Virus record (IMG/VR): IMGVR_UViG_3300022719_000284
Coordinates: 154,827-210,369 of that record
Length of the DNA stretch: 55,543 nt
Reading direction: 5' to 3' (one strand)
DNA from: a virus
Lineage: Duplodnaviria; Heunggongvirae; Uroviricota; Caudoviricetes
Shown: positions 23,601 to 31,621 of the stretch, piece after piece
How positions within the stretch are numbered: the stretch's first letter is position 1
Layout of the letters: every line of letters starts with the position of its first letter
Made by a program: the position numbers and the translations under genes
The notes under the pieces: model-generated
Told to the model about the DNA's origin: nothing
Seen by the model: the letters and a program-made list of their open reading frames with translations, nothing else
Databases searched by the model: none

Positions 23601-23879
23601 CTCTGAAGTTGGTTGATCAAAAAGATCTAACTCCTTACTATCTCCTTTAAGCCAATCAGGGTTGCTGCAATGGGGACAGTAATCCTCAAAAAAAGACAAA
23701 CCAGCTTCCATCTGTCTTGGGTATGGAAGAACATTGAGAAATTTTTTGCTTAAACAAAAATCCAAAAAATTTGGAGCTTTTAGAATATCTGCCTCATTAA
23801 GTACAGAAAAAACCCCAGGGTCAAGATTAGACTTGAGAGCTTGTTGAACTAGACTCGATGGGCTCCATTCCTCAGCCAT
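17628..23879 (-). CDS. terL: Terminase large subunit with three inteins (spliced about 660 aa)
   Basis: After removing inteins: Walker A CAGQRSGKS, Walker B RIFTAIDE, and RNase H-like nuclease motifs (LLVDAG, DDDMF). Confidence 0.9.
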   Translation of the reverse strand: MAEEWSPSSLVQQALKSNLDPGVFSVLNEADILKAPNFLDFCLSKKFLNVLPYPRQMEAGLSFFEDYCPHCSNPDWLKGDSKELDLFDQPTSEILDNIKLLEFGKCPKCNKNRNDFVKEGIFHNPYELAGCITGDALVQTGTGIFRLKDMQHKVGDFVNTGSGTSEIVNWWDQGKKEVFTLTTSRGYTVKGTADHRVQVLQDDLTLGWKELSKLNENDQVAISPMPVAVKNRNSLDLRFSVNSRTKLNIKAPKYMTPELAFVIGALLSDGSSKGNYGAIYGTDKSFLTKVSDNLNSLFGLNTCVSVRDRVGSARTFKSAFGEEVKTYSTKDYYHVQISIKQVLKWFEELGISQNSKDTHIPACIWESDFDSQCAFVAGYLEGDGSIRDNRITVWSSSNTLLKDMQILFLQLGIVSNRFFDAGKHNRLDVSGNFKYKLYNLIHTFLVSKLNEYYPKKHVADNGYGIPRYLLQKKLIFRRTGYSCRGSSFLTDYGTEVTVKGLVSLVGSNNSVYGNNIYYSNFDGRELYFRGKPVLQELRKVSEDLYDKLFSLLSSGLLFDTVSSIEKSGVERVYDIEVVNEHKFVCNGIVVHNCAGQRCVTADTNVLTSDGLVEIGDFARSLPEGFSHFSKKLHTGKNVGEATRFFVSQPEKTYVVRFSNGLSITGTSDHPLLTDKGFVKIRDLSIGSVLPVSCGQNIFGTTVVNYNNFYYDINEDFSRWLDTVPRNAKHNVKDHRIPTGFMSLDDARFLGYLVSEGTIGNGLRVSNLDENVLDFCESILVRWFGECNRTNKSVGIRTQKASLFAEKLLGSGAFSQSVNKEIPKCIRKAPKDYVCAFLSGLYDGDGYVSNRSIEYTSISEKLCQHVALMLQNLGIPSKICSKMSKATNGSATQNPVRCYTVVVEGPAMALFHEIISFGLEYKEKRVQKAIAGLDSRKLNMPFWYQKYSVADKEKFLHLMKDLKDHLNSQPHPFNKKSRKLGIQSVLGVKKTDVYNRMRKADNVALSKKKVFDILTPFTEEWHRFLSKELCERINSFLVSASSSDYFVMVSNIEEGPISRTYDFTVPGDHSFWSNGITSSNSGKSALVAMIAAYVLHRYLVIPDPINYLGLLSSSQLYMSMTAISAGQAEASLWTPFKEYVDEAPWFKEYHQLLSDTGEKLGTELLHRPRTFLVYKHKRIACMYEAPNKRRLRGKTRIFCVAGDTQVTTNFGTFDIANLFIPVLSNSDRVDKVDNLKVAALSKFEDATHMFQYKNVPGIRIESKDGTQITGTSVHPVYVYNPINGYQMKKLGDIIPEQDYFVLQTPKFDVFPSTPPSFDFDYKRDRFGGKRSDKQLSVMDKRMHSVVPDALTPELAELMGFLWAGGSLVKTCRKGKKSTAYRIRFTSGDPYCLERYRKLFLSCFGLEPRKSKSSGKAWNMDNQSAFVGQFIHYLGYEYEGCTIKDVPWPIRKAPKDLVVLFLRGFFDGDGMATDTQVSYYISAPKLAEGIRLLLFNLGILSHIKRYERRGRNYYKVSMYGSDRKRFFDIVGFGLERKHSFESSVADDSRSSHEMMPIDVTHLSTSNINNHRSVWKTLDGREVSLPIGSLVESHTLMRDCGNIQGRELKLVNPRRLSTVFMNNLKIVDEDLYSTLNRARNDELCFSKIVSKENVGNIDVYDFTVEPSHRFYANCLLNNNTAIDEVGWMEADAAKQSVTLSADEISAALDNSLRTVRSMAEKKRLQGLYNTIDAYACNISSPSAKDDRIMRSVRESRDNPKIYAYHYPTWEANPNISRESLQPEFNKSKMVAERDFGAVPPLANDPFIDNPNCVDLMIDPNHKHNLLRIKTQYHVDDFGNKTKYASVNVPLVDKRKPRMLLVDAGEKRNHFAVMLMTWDSKRDRPRVDAVFDVTPEEGIPINFHLMWEYCFQPIVQNLLIKHMFSDTWNSTDLVQKLRQHKVLSEQYSMKFQDFIEIAARLASGELILPKPERTPEELRLTYENPLEFVAGKPILTLILQMLTVRQVGRRVTKPVSGDDDMFRALCLGMYHIVQPQYKRVYAVDAAGGAGGNIGVMLSKSAGSGMVDPKKTTSGAKLATKRNYRNRH
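18852..20288 (-). mobile_element. Intein 3 of terminase (479 aa), at Walker B
   Basis: CVAGDT...LLNNN/T; FLRGFFDGDG motif. Confidence 0.9.
20643..22088 (-). mobile_element. Intein 2 of terminase (482 aa), inside Walker A
   Basis: CVTADT...ITSSN/S; FLSGLYDGDG motif. Confidence 0.9.
22104..23489 (-). mobile_element. Intein 1 of terminase (462 aa)
   Basis: CITGDA...IVVHN/C; FVAGYLEGDG motif. Confidence 0.9.
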
Positions 23880-24505
23880 TATTTCTTCTTCTTATCGCCT
23901 TTTCCAGATAGAACATCCAAAAGTATTCTCTTAGCTTCTTCATAGCCCTCATCTAAACCTTTAGAGGTACCATCAAGAAGATCAGATAATTCATGTCTAA
24001 TAACTCCTGAACTCTCCACAGGCACTATAGACATTAGAGAGGATCTCTTCTTATCAAGTTCAGTAGTTAGAGACTTGACAAAAGCCATACACATTGGCTT
24101 GAGAATTACGTCTGCTATCTCATCAGCAAGAGCCTCAGGGTCCTGATGATCTTCAAGCGATTTCATAAGCTCTCTAGCCATGTTTTGCATTTGTGTTAAA
24201 GCAGTTGCTGTCCCCTGCTTAGGCATAGCATGATAAGCTAATTCAGCCATTTCAATAGCCCTTAAAGTGATTCTCAAGTTTCGGCGAAGAATCTCCACAG
24301 TAGGTATAAGAGCACTTTTTTGATCAATTAATTCCGATAAACTCTCTAGAGTGGGAACGACCTTTAAATCTCCGTCCTCGTCAATAAATGGACTGTCATT
24401 ACTATGATCACGTTCCTCGTTTTCATTACCCTTTTTTGTAAGTTCATATAGAAGAGTCTTAGAAGCATCGTCTAAATTATCCTGGTTTTTCTTAGGTATT
24501 GGCAT
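23879..24505 (-). CDS. Putative terminase small subunit
   Basis: Helical 208 aa directly upstream of terL and coupled by TAATG; positional inference only. Confidence 0.4.
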   Translation of the reverse strand: MPIPKKNQDNLDDASKTLLYELTKKGNENEERDHSNDSPFIDEDGDLKVVPTLESLSELIDQKSALIPTVEILRRNLRITLRAIEMAELAYHAMPKQGTATALTQMQNMARELMKSLEDHQDPEALADEIADVILKPMCMAFVKSLTTELDKKRSSLMSIVPVESSGVIRHELSDLLDGTSKGLDEGYEEAKRILLDVLSGKGDKKKK

Positions 24506-24852
24506 TACATTACCCTCGTGCCTTCCGAGTCATATACAAATAACTCTAAACCGTGCTCTGTTGAATAAGCTAAGCCAACCCTGGTGTTGTCATCTAAAAC
24601 AAATTCAAACCCTTTTCCTTGGGCTTTAGCTGTAACAATAGGTTTTCCAGAAACCAGTTCTGCCATCTTAGCAATTTCAGATTCGTGAAATTGCTCGTTG
24701 GTCAAAGGTCGTAAAGATAAATGAGGATACCACTTTCCATCCTCAGCTATCTTTATCTGGTCACCCATCATATCAACAGGTGATACGATTCTACCTTTTA
24801 GAAGAACCTTACGACCAGCTCTAATGTCATTCATCGTCAGGAAGTAGCTCAT
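24505..24852 (-). CDS. Hypothetical protein
   Basis: Co-oriented, overlap-coupled ORF. Confidence 0.6.
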   Translation of the reverse strand: MSYFLTMNDIRAGRKVLLKGRIVSPVDMMGDQIKIAEDGKWYPHLSLRPLTNEQFHESEIAKMAELVSGKPIVTAKAQGKGFEFVLDDNTRVGLAYSTEHGLELFVYDSEGTRVM

Positions 24853-25351
24853 TTCCTTCTTCTGAAACGCTGAACTGATTTTGGAATAAATTATGTAGGG
24901 GAGAATACTCGTAAAAGCCGTCTAAGTTACCGCTCCAGGGAGCTTGCTCCATGTTGCGCAGATCAGCGATAATTGATTGAACTGTTTCTTCTACGTGACG
25001 GTTTACGTTGTAAGGATTTATTCGAGTATCACGATTTCTTATCTCGTTAATTCTCTCGTCAATTTTACGTCTTTGCTCTTTTAACTCTTGAATTTCCCTA
25101 AGTTGCTCAGAATCCTCCCTCCCCTGCCTGGAGGGATCCTGCCTCTGACGATGCATGTACGGAGAAATAAACTCGCCTCCAGGCTGTCCTCGTAAAGAGT
25201 CATCCTTTTTGGGGCGGTCGCCAATATTCTGGTCGCCTCTATCGACCCTCTTAATAGGATCGACTTCCTCAGTGGGGTTTAGCTGAATAGGCTCCTCTAT
25301 CGGGGGAATTCGAGGTATTCTTGGGGCCTGCGGTAGAGCGCGCTTAGGCAT
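24827..25351 (-). CDS. Hypothetical charged/coiled-coil protein
   Basis: ORF track. Confidence 0.6.
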   Translation of the reverse strand: MPKRALPQAPRIPRIPPIEEPIQLNPTEEVDPIKRVDRGDQNIGDRPKKDDSLRGQPGGEFISPYMHRQRQDPSRQGREDSEQLREIQELKEQRRKIDERINEIRNRDTRINPYNVNRHVEETVQSIIADLRNMEQAPWSGNLDGFYEYSPLHNLFQNQFSVSEEGNELLPDDE

Positions 25352-25371
25352 TGCAGTGCTCCAAGAGCAAT

Positions 25372-26193
25372 TTAGCGGAATTTACCGTTGAGATCTCTAG
25401 CGATTTGTTCCCCGTAATCCTCAAATCCATAAGCTTCACTAAAATACTGGCTGAGAGAGTTCTTTAGATTGCTCTCAGTCTTGTCACTCCAGCGAAGAAC
25501 TTCAGTTACAGCTTCGCGAGGTACCGTAAAGGAACCGCCATCTTCAGCGTTAATTCTTACCCCAGATTCCTGAACCTGAGTAACTTCTCCCTGAAGAACA
25601 GTTCCATTCCAGTAAAAACGAACCAGAGCGCCTTGATCTACTTGATTTATACCCGCAGAAAGAGCATTGGCAAGTGTCACGTTTCCAGAAAATTGAGATT
25701 GCATTCTATTGCGACGTTCCTGTAAAATAGCAGAGATATCATCTTTCATAACTCTGGCTAGATACTTAGTATCATCGTCACCCATTACTTCCCAAGTTTC
25801 GCCCATGTCCTTATCAACATACAAGGTAGAAGCAACTGCTACCATGCTTTGAGAATCTTCCATTCTGCGAGTCGGTCTATATATTTCAGATACAATAGAA
25901 ACAGCTTCTATATCCTTGTGTACTTTAGCAGTTGCCATTTGAGGTACAACTTGTCCAGAAAAACTCTTAACCATGAAATCTGATATTTCATTTCCAGATG
26001 GAACGCCGAATCTATTATCGTACCCAATCAGTATCTGTGCAGTAACGTTATTGATGGCCCTATAATCACCAAGATACAAATCAGCACGGTGACCCACCTT
26101 GCTCTGCATCTTGCCTCTAAGTCGAGCAAGCATTCTATGCTCTCGACTTTGGCCAGATTCAGGATTTAAACCCATAGTTTTCTCCCCCCGCAA
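25372..26193 (-). CDS. Hypothetical protein, possibly structural (start may be 26175)
   Basis: ORF track; C-terminal SH3/KOW-like beta pattern. Confidence 0.6.
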   Translation of the reverse strand: MRGEKTMGLNPESGQSREHRMLARLRGKMQSKVGHRADLYLGDYRAINNVTAQILIGYDNRFGVPSGNEISDFMVKSFSGQVVPQMATAKVHKDIEAVSIVSEIYRPTRRMEDSQSMVAVASTLYVDKDMGETWEVMGDDDTKYLARVMKDDISAILQERRNRMQSQFSGNVTLANALSAGINQVDQGALVRFYWNGTVLQGEVTQVQESGVRINAEDGGSFTVPREAVTEVLRWSDKTESNLKNSLSQYFSEAYGFEDYGEQIARDLNGKFR

Positions 26194-26234
26194 ATGCGCG
26201 TTGGACTCCTATACATGTAGATAATACATGATTT

Positions 26235-26834
26235 TCACTCAAGTTCGCTGATAATTGAATCTAATACTCCTAGCAGCTTAACTGAGGGGTGTTTTAACAC
26301 CAATTCATCAGAAACAAATGATTTTAATGCTCTATTAAGATCCCCTAAAAACGGCGGAGATAAGGTAGAAGAGGTGATATTTATTTCATCGGAAGAGTCT
26401 ATAGATACCTTAAACTTTTTAGGTTCCAACTTTTTAAAATCACCCTCAATACCAACTGTTTCTTCAGAATTTTCACGGAGTTGGCTCATAGCCCCTTCAA
26501 TAACATTGTTAACTTTTTCGGTCGTAGTTTGATACAAAAAAGCAATTTCTTCGGAAGCTAGGGACTCAGAGTTCTGATTGTCTAAATATTGAAGAAGACA
26601 ATTCTTAGCCCATTCGTTTTCAACATGAAATTTACATTTACTGAGGCTGCAAGGACTTATTACTTGCATGTCTGTAAAAGGGCAAGTAATACCCGGTCTA
26701 TATAACGGCCCCTCTGGGGAAGTTATTCCCTCTTCACTTAAACGACTTAATGCTGCCTCCAATTCCTCAGAGGTCATATGAGGCAAATTATCCAATATCT
26801 CTTGAAGTTCAAAACTCTTAGATTTTCCTGGCAT
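26235..26834 (-). CDS. Cys-cluster plus sigma-region-4-like HTH protein
   Basis: CPF...C...C...C followed by LASEEIAFLYQTTTEKVNNVIEGAMSQL, which resembles a sigma r4 HTH. Confidence 0.4.
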   Translation of the reverse strand: MPGKSKSFELQEILDNLPHMTSEELEAALSRLSEEGITSPEGPLYRPGITCPFTDMQVISPCSLSKCKFHVENEWAKNCLLQYLDNQNSESLASEEIAFLYQTTTEKVNNVIEGAMSQLRENSEETVGIEGDFKKLEPKKFKVSIDSSDEINITSSTLSPPFLGDLNRALKSFVSDELVLKHPSVKLLGVLDSIISELE

Positions 26835-26873
26835 TACAACTTATCTCTCCTAAGTACCCCAGGACTTTAGTCT

Positions 26874-27413
26874 ATGAAGATCATCGCCTTAGATCCAGGC
26901 AAAAACAATTTCGCCGCCGCTGTAATGGAGGACTATAAAGTTCTGGAAACTAGGTATATCGACACGATAAAATCCCTTAAGAAAGACGATTTTGACGAAG
27001 AATCTAGAGCCTTTAGGGAAAATTATTTTGAATTTTTATCTAAAATAAACCCAGATTTTGTTTTAGCTGAACGATTTATGGCGCGTCCGGGGGCTCAACA
27101 GGGGTCCGTAGGAGAATATATCAACATAATGCTAGGAATAGTTTCAACTATAAATTCATCTAAGGGTATCCCAACTCACTTGGTTACCAGTTCTCAATGG
27201 AAAAATTACATGACAGCTAGATACGGAGCTGTTAAAGACATGAAAGAACATTTTAAGCACCTAAGCGTTCATGAAGCGGATGCTTTAGCAATTGCAGTTT
27301 ATTTTATGGAAAACGAATTCGACGAAAAAGGGAAAATACTAAAAAAGGTACGCCGTCTTAGAAGATATCCCCATGTTGGAAAAACACCCAAAATTTCTAG
27401 AAAGAGAAAATAG
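26874..27413 (+). CDS. ruvC: RuvC-like Holliday junction resolvase
   Basis: IIALDPG, VLAERF and HEADALAIA acidic catalytic motifs. Confidence 0.8.
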   Translation: MKIIALDPGKNNFAAAVMEDYKVLETRYIDTIKSLKKDDFDEESRAFRENYFEFLSKINPDFVLAERFMARPGAQQGSVGEYINIMLGIVSTINSSKGIPTHLVTSSQWKNYMTARYGAVKDMKEHFKHLSVHEADALAIAVYFMENEFDEKGKILKKVRRLRRYPHVGKTPKISRKRK

Positions 27414-27417
27414 TGTA

Positions 27418-27921
27418 CTATAGGATTCCATGAGAAGCAATGCTTATCGCTTTAGCTAAAGCAAACCTACCTAATACAGACACTTTATGGCTTAAATCAT
27501 TAACCATATCTCTCTTAGCTTGAACACGTCTTCTAATTTTAACAGCTTCGTCAGCATTAGATTCTATTGCAGCTACCAGGGCTTCATCATTCAAAGATTT
27601 TAGAATTTCTCTATATTGAGGCTCATTAAATTCCCCGTCTCGGTCAAATACCTTTCCCCAAATAAAAGACATTTCTTCTTTTGTCATGCTAAAAATGGTG
27701 TGTTTATGAGTTTTAGCAAAATCCAAAGCGTCCCCAACAGCAGCCCCTCCGAGCTCAATTCCCAAATTAGCTAAAGCTCTCTCTACGCCCTCTAGGTTTA
27801 CAGCCTTATCTCCTAAAAAGTTGGTAAAATCCTCAACAATAGTGTCTTTGTTTCTATTTTCTACGGAAAAGTAAGATATTACTAGCTTTATAGCCTCAAG
27901 TATCCAATTTACCCATTTCAT
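27418..27921 (-). CDS. Hypothetical protein
   Basis: ORF track. Confidence 0.6.
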   Translation of the reverse strand: MKWVNWILEAIKLVISYFSVENRNKDTIVEDFTNFLGDKAVNLEGVERALANLGIELGGAAVGDALDFAKTHKHTIFSMTKEEMSFIWGKVFDRDGEFNEPQYREILKSLNDEALVAAIESNADEAVKIRRRVQAKRDMVNDLSHKVSVLGRFALAKAISIASHGIL

Positions 27922-28268
27922 TTAGTAATTTCCTCTGCTTCCTCCCAGGTCATTTTGAAGGCGTCTAACGCTCTATGTTCTAGATCGCTACTAAAATCCC
28001 TAGATTCCGCTTCATAACATGCAGCGCCTTGTTTTCTCATAATCACGTTCATATCTTCAATTTCTCTAGCTTTTCCAAGCCAAGGCCATGCTTTTTCTGG
28101 CCCTTCTTTTAAAGCAACAGCTCCTTGATAAAAATCTTCACACAGCTCTTCAGTTATCTCAGAATCGTATTGATGCTTCTTAGAAAGCGCTTCAATCATA
28201 ATTGGATTATAATTGACGCACCCAATAGTAATAAAACAAACAAAAATAACTAAAACTCTGCGTACCAT
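27918..28268 (-). CDS. Putative lipoprotein
   Basis: Basic N-terminus, hydrophobic stretch, ITIG-C lipobox-like site. Confidence 0.5.
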   Translation of the reverse strand: MVRRVLVIFVCFITIGCVNYNPIMIEALSKKHQYDSEITEELCEDFYQGAVALKEGPEKAWPWLGKAREIEDMNVIMRKQGAACYEAESRDFSSDLEHRALDAFKMTWEEAEEITK

Positions 28269-28657
28269 TATTCCTCCGAGCAGATTATTTCACATATATT
28301 TTCGCATTCCGCAGCAAGATCAATATGACCCATAGCTTCAAAAACCTCAGCAGAGTTTTCTAGAACATATATCAATCCTCTGGGATCGTTATCCATATCT
28401 CTAAATTTTATAGCTTCATGCTTCTTTTCGGCAGGAAGAAGAGGATTCCACAAAGGATCACGAATGTGCCCATGAAACCAATCTCTCCAGTTAGAGCTTT
28501 TATCGTTTTCAGGAAGCTCTTCTGAAAAGGTAGGGGATTTAGTTCTAAACTTGCTACGACCGACGCCAAACCACTCGTTAGGGCTTGGACTGTGGTTCTT
28601 GTTTCTAGGCTCGTCATCCTCGTTCTCGAAGTATGTAGCATTCTTAGGCATAAACAC
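28268..28657 (-). CDS. Hypothetical protein
   Basis: ORF track. Confidence 0.55.
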   Translation of the reverse strand: MFMPKNATYFENEDDEPRNKNHSPSPNEWFGVGRSKFRTKSPTFSEELPENDKSSNWRDWFHGHIRDPLWNPLLPAEKKHEAIKFRDMDNDPRGLIYVLENSAEVFEAMGHIDLAAECENICEIICSEE

Positions 28658-28708
28658 ACTCCCCCTACTATAAGATAAGGATCCTTATCTTTTAGGAGAG
28701 GAAATAAA

Positions 28709-29689
28709 ATGTCTCTAAGAAAAGCTAACAGTGTTCGAGGCACAGCTTCTCAGCAAGTTAATCGAGATAATTGGGTTTTTGATAAAACCCAACACAAAGA
28801 AGACTTTCCTCACGAAGTAGCTTTAAGAGATTTAGTCCCAAGAATTCAATCTAGAGCAAGAGATGCGTTAGCAGTAGATAGAGTCGATACTTTATTTTTT
28901 CAAAGAAAAACTAACGGAAGACGTTGTTCCTGCTTCATAGTAGAATCATCCCCAGATGGGCAATGTCAGATTTGCTATGGAACTGGCATTGTCGGGGGAT
29001 ACACAAAGTTTGGTACAGTAGATTTTACAATAGACGTAACGCACCCGAGTCTTAGATCTTTAAATGTCAGACCACTATACGAGCTTCAAGCAAGGCCAGT
29101 GCTTCTGGGACTAGAAAGCAACTCTACCTTCGGTTTTGTCGAGGTGGACATAGAAATAAGACAGTCCCTCGGGGTAACAGATGTTTTCCAGCTAGTTACT
29201 AGAACAACAAGTATAACACAAAACAACAGTATATCAGCATTCATAAAAACTGAATTGGAATCAAATTTTGTTCCTGTGTCTTACGATACACTTAATTCTA
29301 GGGTTGGTTATCAAAAAATGACCTTAAGATTCGAGTTTCGGAGAAAAACTCTAAGCGACGCTAATCCTATTTTCTCGCATTTCTTCGCTAGAATAAAATT
29401 GGTAAATGATCTCAAAGTAAGAGTTGATATACCAAGAGACAGGGAGAGTATAACGTTAGCAGAATTTGGTATTTATGATAGTTGGCAAACTATTACTGCT
29501 TATTTTGATAATACCGTACCAAAAGTGGGTGTAGAAGACTTTGTATTCCGATGTAGAGATCAAGAGAGATGGAAAGTAGTAGATTCTAGCCCAAATCGTC
29601 CTCTAAACATTTTAACCAGCCACGATACGACCTTGAGATTGGTACAAGGTTTTGAACCATATGTAAAAGTTCCTATAGGAAGAACATAG
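28709..29689 (+). CDS. Putative neck/head-closure protein
   Basis: RRCSC...CQICYGTG...GGY Zn motif plus beta barrel, seen in large-phage neck proteins; structural gene context. Confidence 0.5.
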   Translation: MSLRKANSVRGTASQQVNRDNWVFDKTQHKEDFPHEVALRDLVPRIQSRARDALAVDRVDTLFFQRKTNGRRCSCFIVESSPDGQCQICYGTGIVGGYTKFGTVDFTIDVTHPSLRSLNVRPLYELQARPVLLGLESNSTFGFVEVDIEIRQSLGVTDVFQLVTRTTSITQNNSISAFIKTELESNFVPVSYDTLNSRVGYQKMTLRFEFRRKTLSDANPIFSHFFARIKLVNDLKVRVDIPRDRESITLAEFGIYDSWQTITAYFDNTVPKVGVEDFVFRCRDQERWKVVDSSPNRPLNILTSHDTTLRLVQGFEPYVKVPIGRT

Positions 29690-29799
29690 TTATCTATAAC
29701 TTAGAAGGCCGAGGTCCGCCCAGATTTGGTTTGTTGCTGACTATTTGGCCATAGAACGACGCTGCTGGCGATGGTCCAGAATGCGTTCTAGGAGAAAAA

Positions 29800-30927
29800 A
29801 TGGCAACTAGAACTATCAATGCTCGCACAGATCTCACATATGAAGAGATTTATGATGGGCACGCAAACGGGAAGTCTAGACTTCCAAAAATTCTTAAAGA
29901 TATCGTAGAAGACAGAGACCCATTTGCTTCACTAGCAGAGGGCTCTGGAATAGATATCAAGCGCCGAAGAACTAGTGGCGGAAATTCACAAAATGCCTCA
30001 AATGTAGGAGTCACAGTTACAGATTCTGATATAGTTGCAAAGTTAATTAGCTGGACAAGATTTAATTCCCTTCTTAGTAACTACGACGGAATAAACCCGG
30101 TTTACAATACACCACCAAGCCAAAATTTCACTGATATCGATGTAAGAGGGTTGATCAAAGAACCTTTTGATCTACTAGATCAAGTATCAGGTGTGAATCG
30201 CGCTTATCAGACCAAAAATGCTGGTGATGGTTTAGTCGGTCGGGCTGCTAAGCTTAAGGAAGACGGAAGTAGATCCTCGGTAAGGGACATAACACAAATT
30301 ATCGTATCTGATACCCAAAATTTCAATGTTCGTGAATTCAACAACGATCGCATAGGAAGCGGAGGAATTACAGGAGAAGTTCACGGTGTAGATGTGGGAA
30401 TTCAAGACTTAGTTGATGTTAAATCAGAAGCTCTCGTAATCGGTAATACTGGAGAGAGTTTCGATTTCTCAAGCGATGAAGAACTAGCTGCTGATATTGA
30501 CAATCAAGGGGGAGCTACCGCAGAATTTGGCGATGGAACACTATCTGTAGAAAGAACACTTCTACAAGGTAATGCTCAATTCGATCTGGATAGAAGTAAA
30601 AGGAGTGCTCTTTATCAAAGATTTTCTCAAGTCGCTCTTAGATCTCAAGACCTTGGAGGAGAAGTTGACATTACAGACGGTAATACCCCGCTTGGACTAG
30701 GTGCTACAGTAGTAGTCGGTGCTACAGTAGGAAGTGCATCGATTGCAGCTACTGGGCAGGAAGTAATCAATCTTGGAGCTGCTTCAGTCGATAGGTTGAC
30801 AAACATTAGATATGGAACTTTCCAATTTGGTACTGTTCGAGTATTCAATTCTATCAATGACTCTAATCCTGTTGCCGTAGTGGTTCATCCTGACCTATTG
30901 GCTGATTTAATCAGAAACCAGCCGTAA
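29800..30927 (+). CDS. Putative virion structural protein
   Basis: 375 aa, G/S/T/D-rich, in the structural cluster. Confidence 0.45.
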   Translation: MATRTINARTDLTYEEIYDGHANGKSRLPKILKDIVEDRDPFASLAEGSGIDIKRRRTSGGNSQNASNVGVTVTDSDIVAKLISWTRFNSLLSNYDGINPVYNTPPSQNFTDIDVRGLIKEPFDLLDQVSGVNRAYQTKNAGDGLVGRAAKLKEDGSRSSVRDITQIIVSDTQNFNVREFNNDRIGSGGITGEVHGVDVGIQDLVDVKSEALVIGNTGESFDFSSDEELAADIDNQGGATAEFGDGTLSVERTLLQGNAQFDLDRSKRSALYQRFSQVALRSQDLGGEVDITDGNTPLGLGATVVVGATVGSASIAATGQEVINLGAASVDRLTNIRYGTFQFGTVRVFNSINDSNPVAVVVHPDLLADLIRNQP

Positions 30928-30946
30928 GACCTAGGGAACTAGGTTT

Positions 30947-31621
30947 ATGGATGCTGCTCATATTGTACAAAGAATAGGGGTGACTCTAGCTCATACCTTA
31001 TTGTCGGAAGCTAGAGAGCCCATAGGTGTGTCGTATGAGTCGGACCAAGGTGTAGACATGGACTACACCTTGTGTTCGGCTTTTTACATCCACATGGAAA
31101 ATCTACAAAATTTGGTGAATATGAAAGTAGATTTATGGGTAGCCGTTGTCTATAAACTGGATGAGCACGGAAACCAAGATTTAGGTTTTACCGTTACTCA
31201 TAATAAAATACCAGCTTGTGACCTAACAATTTACCCATTACCGTCCATAAACTATGCTGCCGAAGTGGTAAAAAGGTTCATGTCCTTCAGCCTACTACCT
31301 TATTTTGATTTGGACGGTCTGGCCCCTAAAACCAATCTTAACTTCCTAAAAGGAAAGTACGGAAATGCAGATGCATGGGGTGATACTGTAACTATCACCA
31401 TTCAATCTGAAGATTTCCCTTACGATGTAGATTTCCGGGGAGGAACTTTCCAAGGATTTTCCGATAGACTTCTTGAGGAAATGAAAAAAGATGTATCTCT
31501 TGCTATGGGAACTAGTGATGAGTTAAGACATAGAGTATTTTCTGACGGCAATAAAATAGGTGTCATATTTATGCCAGAAAGTACATACTTAGCCTCTAGA
31601 TCCGTACCCAAGGAATTATAA
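30947..31621 (+). CDS. Hypothetical protein, possibly tail completion
   Basis: ORF coupled (TAATG) to the next gene. Confidence 0.5.
   Translation: MDAAHIVQRIGVTLAHTLLSEAREPIGVSYESDQGVDMDYTLCSAFYIHMENLQNLVNMKVDLWVAVVYKLDEHGNQDLGFTVTHNKIPACDLTIYPLPSINYAAEVVKRFMSFSLLPYFDLDGLAPKTNLNFLKGKYGNADAWGDTVTITIQSEDFPYDVDFRGGTFQGFSDRLLEEMKKDVSLAMGTSDELRHRVFSDGNKIGVIFMPESTYLASRSVPKEL

Noticed and set aside
4001-26834. Assignment to a named phage genus
   Set aside because: Gene order fits a jumbo tailed phage, but taxonomy needs capsid and TerL homology searches that I cannot run.
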